Positions 56,565 through 64,000 of a DNA stretch of 64,000 bases are shown in pieces. This stretch comes from Nitrospira japonica (GTDB taxonomy: Bacteria; Nitrospirota; Thermodesulfovibrionia; Thermodesulfovibrionales; SM23-35): NCBI GenBank assembly GCA_020725385.1, contig DYFC01000032.1, forward strand, positions 51,091 through 115,090. Direction: 5' to 3'. Position 1 is the first letter of the stretch. Each line of letters opens with the position of its first letter. Both the position numbers and the translations under genes were made by a program. Below the pieces are notes generated by a model. That model worked only from the letters and a program-made list of their open reading frames with translations. It did no database searches and was not told where the DNA came from.

Positions 56565-57720
56565 AGGCTATAAAACAGACGGCTCTGAGATTTCAGGCAC
56601 GATTGAGGCAAATAGTCACAGAGATGCTGTTATACGTCTTAAAGAATCAGGTCTTTATGCAAAAAGCATCTATGAAGCTACTAAAAGAAAAAGATTAAAT
56701 GTTTTCAACAAACTTGATATTTCTTTTCTCCCCCATATAACAAGACAACTATCAACCCTGCTTTTTTCAGGTGTAACGTTAATGGATGCACTATCATCTA
56801 TTTCACAGGAAAGTAAGGGTTCATGGAGAAATATATTAATAGACATAAAAGAAAAAATTGCAGGTGGCTCAAGTTTTTCTAGAGCACTTGAAGACTACAA
56901 AAATATTTTTCCAGATTTTTACATAAACATGATTGCAGCAGGTGAGGCAAGCGGAACACTCGATGATGTACTAAAAAAACTTGCTGAATTTCTCGAAAGT
57001 CGCGAAAACATAAAAGCGAAAGTTAGGACATCAATGATATATCCTGTCTTCATGATAGGCATTGGTTTTATAGTACTTTCTTTTATTTTTGCTTTTGTAC
57101 TTCCGAAGATAACAAAAATATTCAAAGATACACATAGCGTTTTGCCATTTATTACGGTTGCACTCATTTTCATAAGTGATATATTTCAAAGATTCTGGTG
57201 GCTTATTGTAGGTCTTATTTTAGCGATGTTTTTTCTTTTCAGAAAACTTAGAGAAAGCAAAAAAATATATTTTGACAGATTGATATTAAAACTCCCGGGC
57301 AATATCATTCAAAGCCTTTATTACAGCCGTTTTACAAGAACATTAAGTTTTTTACTTGAAGGCGGTCTTCCAATGTTAAAAGCTCTTGAGCTTTCATCAA
57401 AAGCTATAGGAAATAAGGAACTTGAACTAAAAGTGATTGCTTGTGGTAAAAAAGTTTCAGAAGGCGCAAAAATATCAAGTTCTCTGGAAGGATTCCCTCC
57501 GGTGCTTTTGCAATTAATAGCTACAGGTGAAAAAAGCGGACAGCTTGCAACCATTTTAAATAATGCTGCCAATGCTTACGAAGAAGAATTTTCAAGGAAA
57601 ACAAGTAGAGCATTCTCATTGCTTGAACCTTTTATGATATTATTCATGGGCGTTATAGTTGGGATAATAGTTCTGGCAGTTCTTCTGCCAATTTTCCAGA
57701 TGAACCAATTAATAAAATAA
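56545..57720 (+). CDS. gspF: Type II secretion system inner-membrane platform protein GspF
   Basis: 391 aa. MPIFQYKGY start, two GspF repeats, three TM segments. Confidence 0.93.
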   Translation: MPIFQYKGYKTDGSEISGTIEANSHRDAVIRLKESGLYAKSIYEATKRKRLNVFNKLDISFLPHITRQLSTLLFSGVTLMDALSSISQESKGSWRNILIDIKEKIAGGSSFSRALEDYKNIFPDFYINMIAAGEASGTLDDVLKKLAEFLESRENIKAKVRTSMIYPVFMIGIGFIVLSFIFAFVLPKITKIFKDTHSVLPFITVALIFISDIFQRFWWLIVGLILAMFFLFRKLRESKKIYFDRLILKLPGNIIQSLYYSRFTRTLSFLLEGGLPMLKALELSSKAIGNKELELKVIACGKKVSEGAKISSSLEGFPPVLLQLIATGEKSGQLATILNNAANAYEEEFSRKTSRAFSLLEPFMILFMGVIVGIIVLAVLLPIFQMNQLIK

Positions 57721-57787
57721 GGTTCTTCTCCAAAAAAGTTGCTGAATAAATAGACAAACTGTCATTCCCGCGAAAGCGGGAATCCAG
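57721..57787 (+). repeat. Hairpin repeat unit associated with GIY-YIG genes
   Basis: ggttcttctccaaaaaagttgctgaataaatagacaaactgtcattcccgcgaaagcgggaatccag. It starts immediately after the gspF stop. The same unit occurs inverted at 35371-35440. Confidence 0.75.
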
Positions 57788-57796
57788 AAAAATACA

Positions 57797-57994
57797 AAAA
57801 ATTATTATATTTATATCCTTTGCAGTAAACGCAAAGGAACGCTGCATATAGGTATTACATCTGAGATAATTAAAAGGGCATATGAACATAAAAATGGATT
57901 GGTTGAATGCTTTACCAAGAAATACGGTGTTCATAGACGTGTGTGGTATGAAATACAAGAATCTGTAGAGTCTGCTATTACAAGAGAAAAATAA
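57797..57994 (+). pseudogene. GIY-YIG nuclease (UPF0213-type) gene remnant; no start codon and truncated C-terminus
   Basis: Hand translation: KNYYIYILCSKRKGTLHIGITSEIIKRAYEHKNGLVECFTKKYGVHRRVWYEIQESVESAITREK*. The reading frame is open back to 57746 with no ATG, GTG or TTG. It ends where homologs continue (QIKKW...). Confidence 0.7.
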
Positions 57995-58050
57995 AAAAAG
58001 AAAAGGAATAGCATAAATGAAGAAGCTATTTTTTATTAGGAGGACAATAA

Positions 58051-58512
58051 ATGAAAAAAACAAGATTCTGTAAATTTAACGCCAATAATGAAAAGGGTTT
58101 CACATTACTTGAAATAATTGTGGTTGTATTTATACTTGGTCTTCTTGCTGCAATAGTTGCTCCAAAGATTATTGGCAGGACAGATGATGCAAGAATTGCT
58201 GATGCCAAGATGCAGATAAGAAATTTTGAGACAGCCCTTAAACTATATAAACTTGATAATGGTTTTTATCCTGAAACATCCCAGGGATTACAGGCGCTTG
58301 TCGAACAACCTGCTACAGGCAGAATACCTCAAAAGTATAGACAGGGTGGTTATCTTGAACAAAAGACCATTCCTGATGATCCATGGGGCAATCCATATCT
58401 TTACTTATGTCCCGGTCTACATGGAGATTTTGATATAATGAGTTTTGGAGCAGATGGTAAAGAAGGTGGAGAAGGTAAAGACGCTGATATAAGAAACTGG
58501 GATATGAAGTGA
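58051..58512 (+). CDS. gspG: Type II secretion system major pseudopilin GspG
   Basis: 153 aa. Prepilin signal KGFTLLEIIVV, then GspG core DPWGNPY...GADGKEGG. AGGAGG SD. Confidence 0.95.
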   Translation: MKKTRFCKFNANNEKGFTLLEIIVVVFILGLLAAIVAPKIIGRTDDARIADAKMQIRNFETALKLYKLDNGFYPETSQGLQALVEQPATGRIPQKYRQGGYLEQKTIPDDPWGNPYLYLCPGLHGDFDIMSFGADGKEGGEGKDADIRNWDMK

Positions 58513-58554
58513 TAACTGTGATATGCAGAAATAATATAAATATTATCTTTAAAA

Positions 58555-58617
58555 ATGCAGGATGCAAAATGTAAACTACAGGATGCGAGATACAGAAGGT
58601 AAGATACAACATGCTAT
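58555..58617. repeat. Heptad array, ATRCARR-type x9
   Basis: atgcagg atgcaaa atgtaaa ctacagg atgcgag atacaga aggtaag atacaac atgctat. Confidence 0.7.
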
Positions 58618-58678
58618 AGACTAAAATTCCCTCTTAGAAAATGGGGGTAAAGGGGCTTGTAAAAGGAGGTGATTTTAA

Positions 58679-58882
58679 ATGAAACTCAAGGTAATAGTTC
58701 ATAAAGCAGAAGAAGGAGGATTTTGGGCAGAGGTTCCCTCTATTCCAGGGTGTCATACTCAGGGAGACACCTGGGAAGAGCTATTACAGAATATTTATGA
58801 AGCAATTGAAGCATGTCTATCGATTGATGTAGAAGATATTGAACTGAGTCCTGATGATAAAGTGCTGGAAGTTGCTGTATGA
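58679..58882 (+). CDS. hicB: HicB-family antitoxin (UPF0150)
   Basis: 67 aa. [56 protein letters not shown] overlap with hicA. Confidence 0.85.
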   Translation: MKLKVIVHKAEEGGFWAEVPSIPGCHTQGDTWEELLQNIYEAIEACLSIDVEDIELSPDDKVLEVAV

Positions 58883-59085
58883 AAACCATATCAGGCAGAG
58901 AACTGTGCAGGATATTAGAGAAAAAAGGCTGGCAATTGAAAAAGATTCATGGTAGTCATCATGTTTATATGATGGCTGGCAGAAATGAAAGAATTAGTGT
59001 GCCTGTTCATGGCAATAAAGACTTAAAAATTGGTATGTTAAGATCAATAATGAAACTTGCAGTAATTAGTGAAGATGAATTATAA
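58879..59085 (+). CDS. hicA: HicA-family mRNA interferase toxin
   Basis: 68 aa. [27 protein letters not shown]...[19 protein letters not shown]. Confidence 0.85.
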   Translation: MKTISGRELCRILEKKGWQLKKIHGSHHVYMMAGRNERISVPVHGNKDLKIGMLRSIMKLAVISEDEL

Positions 59086-59287
59086 AATGTAAGACTTAAA
59101 TGATACCTAAGCCCAATGAATAAAATATTCAGTTATTTTTAGAAATTTTAATGTATTAACTGTATTTTTAGGTTAATTGTGTTTAATTTGCAAAGGAAAC
59201 AAAAGTAATCCGCAACTCTTCTCCGTAACTTTATTGTACGTATCTGTTTTATTATAATTACGAACAACGAAAATGGATAAAGGTTTT

Positions 59288-59295
59288 TGTATAAT
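59288..59295 (+). promoter_or_regulatory. Candidate -10 element immediately upstream of gspH
   Basis: tgTATAAT (hexamer at 59290-59295) lies 5 nt before ATG 59301. There is no SD. Confidence 0.3.
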
Positions 59296-59300
59296 ATTTC

Positions 59301-59744
59301 ATGAAAGTCATTTCTTATAAAGGCGTTACTTTAATTGAACTTGTTGCAGTATTATTTATAGTCTCGCTTGTGGTTGCGATTATATTTCCTTCTTTTGAGA
59401 TTTTCGGTGAAAACAAATTAAAATCAGAAGCCCTTGAAATTGGTTCTATATTAAAATATCTAAATGAAAGCGCATCTTCTTCAAAAGAGACCTTTTCAAT
59501 TGTCTTTGACTTTAATGAGCAGACTCTCATATGGAATGAAAAGGAAGGACAAAGAAAAAAGAAATTCGAAGATATTTCAGGCGTTGAGACCCAATCAAAC
59601 GGACTTGTTAACAGAGGCGAGTTAATATTATTTTTCCCCCCAACCGGAATTCAACAAAATATTATTGTGCATTTAAATAGAGATGATAAAAAACTCATGG
59701 TTGCACTTAATCATTTAAACGGTAAAATAAAAATATATGATTAG
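59301..59744 (+). CDS. gspH: Type II secretion minor pseudopilin, GspH-like
   Basis: 147 aa. Prepilin-type N-terminus KGVTLIELVAVLFIV. Position after gspG. Confidence 0.65.
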   Translation: MKVISYKGVTLIELVAVLFIVSLVVAIIFPSFEIFGENKLKSEALEIGSILKYLNESASSSKETFSIVFDFNEQTLIWNEKEGQRKKKFEDISGVETQSNGLVNRGELILFFPPTGIQQNIIVHLNRDDKKLMVALNHLNGKIKIYD

Positions 59745-60102
59745 AATGTCCTGGTCAAGAAACCTTCATTATCAGGAAAAAGGCTTTACACTTCTTGAAG
59801 TTCTAATATCACTTGCAATAATTAGCGGGCTACTAATAACTCTGATTTACACTGTGAATTATCATCTCGGAATAGTAGAAAAACAGGAGACGGTCACAAT
59901 CGGCACCATGCTTGCCAGAAAAGTCTTATCTGAAATGGAAAACAAGCCTGAAAATAAAAAAGGAGTCTTTGAAAAACCATATGAACAATACTCTTTTGAA
60001 ACTATTTTACAAGATTCCCCATATCCTGGGATTTCTGAATTTACTGTGACAGTCAAATCTGAAAAAGAAGAAATTAAACTCAATGAATATATTCTCAAAT
60101 AA
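59737..60102 (+). CDS. gspI: Type II secretion minor pseudopilin, GspI-like
   Basis: 121 aa. KGFTLLEVLISLAIISG. Confidence 0.7.
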   Translation: MIRMSWSRNLHYQEKGFTLLEVLISLAIISGLLITLIYTVNYHLGIVEKQETVTIGTMLARKVLSEMENKPENKKGVFEKPYEQYSFETILQDSPYPGISEFTVTVKSEKEEIKLNEYILK

Positions 60103-60691
60103 AAAATCAATTAATGGTTTTACTTTAATTGAAATTCTTGTCGCTGTCACAATACTCTCTGTAGTTCTTACAGCAATCTACAGTACTTTTTTTTTACTTC
60201 AAAGGGCAACAGAAAATTCAGATGAATCTATAACAAAAATTCAGGAAGCGAGAAAAGCTATTGAAATTATAAGGTGTGAGCTTGAATCAGCGGTTTTTAA
60301 TGAGAATATAAAAGATACCCAAATAAAAATAAAAGATAAAGATTATTACGGTAAACCTGCTTCTCAAATTATTTTTACAACATTTACATCGTTAAAACCG
60401 GGTCTATCAAAACTTTCATATTATATAGAAGAAAAAGACGGGAGATTAACTCTTTACAGAAAGATTGAATCAATGCTATCGGATGAAACTGAAAATACAG
60501 CTGATCTTATTGAAGGTATTGAGGGATTCCTAATCGAAGCTCAATTTGAAGATAAATGGGTTAAGACGTGGGATACGGGAATTAACTATAATATTCCAGA
60601 ACAAATAAGAATAAACTTAATATTCAAAATAAAAGACAGGGAAATAACCCTCACAGATATTGCAAAACCAATGTATGGCAAATCAATTTAA
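60083..60691 (+). CDS. gspJ: Type II secretion minor pseudopilin, GspJ-like
   Basis: 202 aa. NGFTLIEILVAVTILSV. Confidence 0.7.
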   Translation: MNIFSNKKSINGFTLIEILVAVTILSVVLTAIYSTFFLLQRATENSDESITKIQEARKAIEIIRCELESAVFNENIKDTQIKIKDKDYYGKPASQIIFTTFTSLKPGLSKLSYYIEEKDGRLTLYRKIESMLSDETENTADLIEGIEGFLIEAQFEDKWVKTWDTGINYNIPEQIRINLIFKIKDREITLTDIAKPMYGKSI

Positions 60692-61571
60692 GATTAAGAA
60701 CCAAAAAGGCATTGCACTTGTAGTTGTTCTTCTTGTGCTTGCTTTATTGACAGCTATGGTTACCGAGTTTGCGTACCGGGTTTATACAGGGACTAATGAT
60801 CTTTATAACTGGCGTGATAGCCAGAGACTCTCACTCCTTGCAAAATCAGGCATCAATCTGGCAGTAAGATACATAAAAGATATGAATGATAAATTTAGTA
60901 ACACAGTAGATATGTCTTTTAAGGAACCTTCAGAAAGCTTTAATGGAGAAATAAGAATAAAAATAGAGGATGAGACAGGAAAATTCAATCTTAATAGCCT
61001 TGTTTATCCTGATGGAAGAACTCTAAATATTACAGCTTATAAATCATTTCAAAGACTTCTCGAATTATTGTCTTTAGATAAAACTATTGCTGACAGAATC
61101 GTGGACTGGATAGATGCTGATACCACCCCAAACATAACAGGATCTGAAAATATGACTAAAAATAGCATCCTGAGTAGTGTAGATGAACTGCTTTTGATTA
61201 ATGGAATAAACAGAAGTGATTATGATAAATTATCACCATATGTTACTGTTTATGGAGCCCGTGATAATCTTATTATCAATGTCAATACCGCAGGAGATGT
61301 TGTTTTAATGAGCCTTTTTGATAAAAGTAAAGGAATTTTTCCTGTAACAAAGGATAAAGCTAATTTTTTAATACTGAGGAGAAAAAATAAACCCTTAAGT
61401 TCCGGGGAATTTAATTCAGAAGCTGGCACTTCTTTTTCTGCAAATCAAATAACAGATACGGCATCAATGTTCTCAATACACGCTATTGCAACAAATGGAA
61501 ATATAAAAAGGATAATAGATATGGTAATGAACAAAGATAAAGGCAGAATAGAATACTGGAGAGAATATTAA
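60660..61571 (+). CDS. gspK: Type II secretion minor pseudopilin GspK
   Basis: 303 aa. KGIALVVVLLVLALLTAMV (no Glu5, as in GspK) and a C-terminal SVDELLLINGI helix-hairpin-helix-like region. Confidence 0.75.
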   Translation: MQNQCMANQFKIKNQKGIALVVVLLVLALLTAMVTEFAYRVYTGTNDLYNWRDSQRLSLLAKSGINLAVRYIKDMNDKFSNTVDMSFKEPSESFNGEIRIKIEDETGKFNLNSLVYPDGRTLNITAYKSFQRLLELLSLDKTIADRIVDWIDADTTPNITGSENMTKNSILSSVDELLLINGINRSDYDKLSPYVTVYGARDNLIINVNTAGDVVLMSLFDKSKGIFPVTKDKANFLILRRKNKPLSSGEFNSEAGTSFSANQITDTASMFSIHAIATNGNIKRIIDMVMNKDKGRIEYWREY

Positions 61572-62632
61572 TGAAATCTTTGTTTATTGATATAAAGGAC
61601 AACGAAACAAGATGCTATTTCTTTTCGGTTAAACAGGGCAAATACGAACATATCGAAACAAAAGTTCTTAACAGAGCAGGCAATTATGTTTTTGAAATAA
61701 AAAACTCTGGCAATCTTGACGAGGTAATCTTAAGTCTTCCACTTAACATGCTCAATTTCAGGGTGCTTGAATTGCCTTTTAAAGATAAAGAAAAAATACT
61801 TGAGGTTCTGCCATTTGAACTTGAAGGAATGATACTTGGTGGTTCTGATAAAGTCATAATGGATGCTATAGTTATCAAAAGAATTGATACCAAATATAAA
61901 ATTCTTGCTGTTTATATTGAAAAAAGCATTTTAGGTAAAATTCTTTCTGAATTAAAAAGTTCTTCTTTAGAGCCTTCTTTAATAACTTCTATTGAACTAA
62001 GGAATGTATTAAACGACTTTTCTACTGAAAAACTTATAAATCCTGTTAATATTGATGATGCAGAAAGAATCAAATTTGCGATAGAAGAAATTATCAATCC
62101 TTCAATAAATTTAAGGAGAGGAGAATTTGTTTTCAAACAGCATATAGAGGAGACAAAAAAGGGGTTGAAAGTTGCGTCAATCCTTTTGCTTTTTATTTTA
62201 TTCACAATATCCGCTGATATCATCTTCCAGTTATACACCACAAGAAGTGAAATCTCTAATATTAAAAAAGAATTAAGGAAACAATATCTTGAGCTTTACC
62301 CACAAGAAAAAAATGTGGTTAATGAATATTACCAGCTCCAATCCCACTTAAAAGAGCTTATCGACAGAAACAGCTATTTATCCGGCATATCTACTTTGAA
62401 TACACTAAAGACCCTATCACAAATAGATCGCAAGTCAGCAGTTTTCAATGAGCTAATTATTGAAAAAGGCAACTTGATACTTAAAGGAGAGGCAGATAAT
62501 CTTAATGACATTCAACAAATAAAAGATAATTTATCACGTAATTTCGAAAATGTAGTTATATCTGACTCAAAATCTTCATTACAAAATAAGATGCTTTTTA
62601 CAATTACAGCACTGGAGAAAAAAGTTGAATAA
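61571..62632 (+). CDS. gspL: GspL-like assembly protein
   Basis: 353 aa. Cytoplasmic N-domain, a single central TM segment (VASILLLFILFTISADIIF) and a periplasmic C-domain. The call rests mainly on operon position. Confidence 0.5.
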   Translation: MKSLFIDIKDNETRCYFFSVKQGKYEHIETKVLNRAGNYVFEIKNSGNLDEVILSLPLNMLNFRVLELPFKDKEKILEVLPFELEGMILGGSDKVIMDAIVIKRIDTKYKILAVYIEKSILGKILSELKSSSLEPSLITSIELRNVLNDFSTEKLINPVNIDDAERIKFAIEEIINPSINLRRGEFVFKQHIEETKKGLKVASILLLFILFTISADIIFQLYTTRSEISNIKKELRKQYLELYPQEKNVVNEYYQLQSHLKELIDRNSYLSGISTLNTLKTLSQIDRKSAVFNELIIEKGNLILKGEADNLNDIQQIKDNLSRNFENVVISDSKSSLQNKMLFTITALEKKVE

Positions 62633-63131
62633 GATTACCGGAAATAATAAAAATCTCTATTTTGTAGCTCTAATTATAATTTTATCTGTATTAATAATAT
62701 TAGGTCTTAAACAACTACGTAATGATAAGAAAGAATTGCTGAATCTTCGAACACAGCAGAAAGAAATATCCGTGATAAAAAACAAAATATCCTATCTCAA
62801 TCAAAAAGTAAGCTTTTATGAATCAAAGAAAAGAATAGGGAATGCTTCTGGCATAATACAAATTTCTGATGAAATATTTTCATCAACGGGTTTGAAAAAT
62901 AAATTGAAAAGTATTAAAAACTCTGGTACAAATCATACAGTTAACGGGATTGAAGAAATAGCCGATGTTACTGTAGAAAAAGTATCCATGAATGAATTAT
63001 TAAATATATTATACAGAATCGAAAACTCTCCTTCTCTTGTTTCAATTAAAAGAATTTCTATAAAGAAAGATTTTGAGAACCCCCAACTTCTTAATATAAA
63101 TATGGTTATTTCATACATAAGGCAAAAGTGA
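62625..63131 (+). CDS. gspM: GspM-like assembly protein
   Basis: 168 aa. N-terminal TM segment (LYFVALIIILSVLIILGL). Called from size and position. Confidence 0.45.
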   Translation: MNKITGNNKNLYFVALIIILSVLIILGLKQLRNDKKELLNLRTQQKEISVIKNKISYLNQKVSFYESKKRIGNASGIIQISDEIFSSTGLKNKLKSIKNSGTNHTVNGIEEIADVTVEKVSMNELLNILYRIENSPSLVSIKRISIKKDFENPQLLNINMVISYIRQK

Positions 63132-63928
63132 TAAATAAAAAAGCAAAATTTAGAATATACCTTGCCTTCATATTTATTCTTCCATTGATTTTCTGGGCAT
63201 TCTGGTTTGTATTCTCGGGCTCTACGATAATAACTATTATAGAAAAGGCCGCTGAAAACAATTCTTTGCAAATTGAAATTAAGGGATTCAAAAAAGGATT
63301 TCTTTATAATATATTTGTTGATGAAATTATTGTAAGATCAGCAAATGGAGAAATAATGACTCTGAACAATATAAATTCAAAAATAAATCCCTTTAAACTT
63401 TTGATGAAGAATCTTGACATGTCACTCGAAGGAGATTCTGGCAATGGTAAAATTAAAGGAATTATAAGTTTTGGAAAAGAAAACACCAATGGTAAATTTG
63501 AGTTTAAAAGCATTGATTTAAATGCTTTTTCTTTTTTAAGAAAAACAAAAATAAAAGGTTCTGGAAATATATCAGGTTCTTTTGTTTTTAATAATAAGGA
63601 GTTACATATAGAATTTATTTCCAGAAATCTATCCCTTGAAGATATAGAATTATCAGGAATCAAAACACCAATAAGTTGTTTTCATTCAATGTCGGGAGCA
63701 ATCAATGTTAATAACAATTTAATAAGTATAGAATCTATCTCATTTGACGGGCAAAATATTTATGCGAGACTAAAAGGTTACATAAAAGATTATATCGCGG
63801 ATACAACCCTTGAAATAATGCCTGATAAAGATTTTACTGACAACCCTTTTATATTTGCAGGACTCAAACAATATGAGGTATCCCCGGGCTATTATTTAAT
63901 TCCATTAAAAGGTGAGTTCCTTATTTAA
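63128..63928 (+). CDS. gspN: GspN-like protein
   Basis: 266 aa. N-terminal TM segment. Called from size and terminal position in the gsp operon. Confidence 0.4.
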   Translation: MINKKAKFRIYLAFIFILPLIFWAFWFVFSGSTIITIIEKAAENNSLQIEIKGFKKGFLYNIFVDEIIVRSANGEIMTLNNINSKINPFKLLMKNLDMSLEGDSGNGKIKGIISFGKENTNGKFEFKSIDLNAFSFLRKTKIKGSGNISGSFVFNNKELHIEFISRNLSLEDIELSGIKTPISCFHSMSGAINVNNNLISIESISFDGQNIYARLKGYIKDYIADTTLEIMPDKDFTDNPFIFAGLKQYEVSPGYYLIPLKGEFLI

Positions 63929-63938
63929 AGGAGGATTT

Positions 63939-64000
63939 ATGTTAAGAATTATACTTTCAGCAATCATGCTTTTAAGTTTCATTTCATGTGGTTCTAATAC
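63939..64000 (+). CDS. Putative lipoprotein, N-terminal fragment; continues beyond the window
   Basis: AAGGAGG SD, then MLRIILSAIMLLSFISCGSN, a signal peptide with a lipobox-like FISC. Confidence 0.4.
   Translation, partial: MLRIILSAIMLLSFISCGSN

Noticed and set aside
57653-58063. 136-aa minus-strand ORF in the track.
   Set aside because: It is antisense to the GIY-YIG remnant and to the gspF end and gspG start. It contains the repeat-derived SRFRGNDS peptide typical of spurious translations of the hairpin unit.
58566-59096. Direct repeat AAAATGTAA(A/G)ACT at 58566-58578 and 59084-59096 flanking hicBA, as a possible target-site duplication.
   Set aside because: It is a 12/13 match in two AT-rich low-complexity flanks. 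A rough estimate suggests a match of this quality is not improbable by chance, so it is not claimed.

Overview
A 64-kb, AT-rich (about one-third G+C by eye), gene-dense bacterial chromosomal segment, mostly transcribed on the minus strand and mostly housekeeping. Contents in order: (1) a partial type III CRISPR-Cas effector module, cas6, a cmr1-like RAMP, a cmr6-like RAMP and the HD-domain N-terminus of cas10, which runs off the left edge. No CRISPR array is in the window. The module is interrupted by a four-helix-bundle (23S-IVS/Avd-family) gene cassette. (2) sufCB, rho, a hotdog thioesterase, rsmG, a sugar transferase, tRNA-Leu(CAA), and the origin-type cluster mnmE-yidC-yidD-rnpA-rpmH, without dnaA. 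(3) queF, trpF, trpC, a TPR/GT9-like protein and a glycogen-phosphorylase homolog with degenerate catalytic motifs. (4) A complete dcw cluster, mraZ-rsmH-ftsL-ftsI-murE-murF-mraY-[DD-carboxypeptidase]-murD-ftsW-murG-murC-murB-ddl-ftsQ-ftsA-ftsZ. (5) hup, an MTH1187-family protein and the bifunctional FBP aldolase/phosphatase. (6) A tight minus-strand run of CHASE2-cyclase, PolX, a GAF-GGDEF cyclase and a DHH-CBS-CCA-type nucleotidyltransferase fusion. (7) csp. (8) A type II secretion operon gspCDEFGHIJKLMN, interrupted by a GIY-YIG nuclease remnant and by a hicBA toxin-antitoxin pair. I found no clear-cut new multi-gene system. The most unusual signal is non-coding: a family of degenerate, in-phase heptanucleotide tandem arrays. 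They fill several intergenic regions, form inverted pairs around the inserted accessory genes, and are read through as C-terminal tails of cas6, the 4HB gene and murG. A second repeat family is a hairpin unit associated with GIY-YIG genes. Other points worth a second look are the III-C-like cas gene order, a secretin with a C-terminal subtilase-propeptide-like domain, the degenerate phosphorylase, and phased MraZ boxes. Gene content (FBP aldolase/phosphatase, minimal SufBC, low G+C) suggests a Nitrospirota/Thermodesulfovibrio-like anaerobe, but that is only inference.
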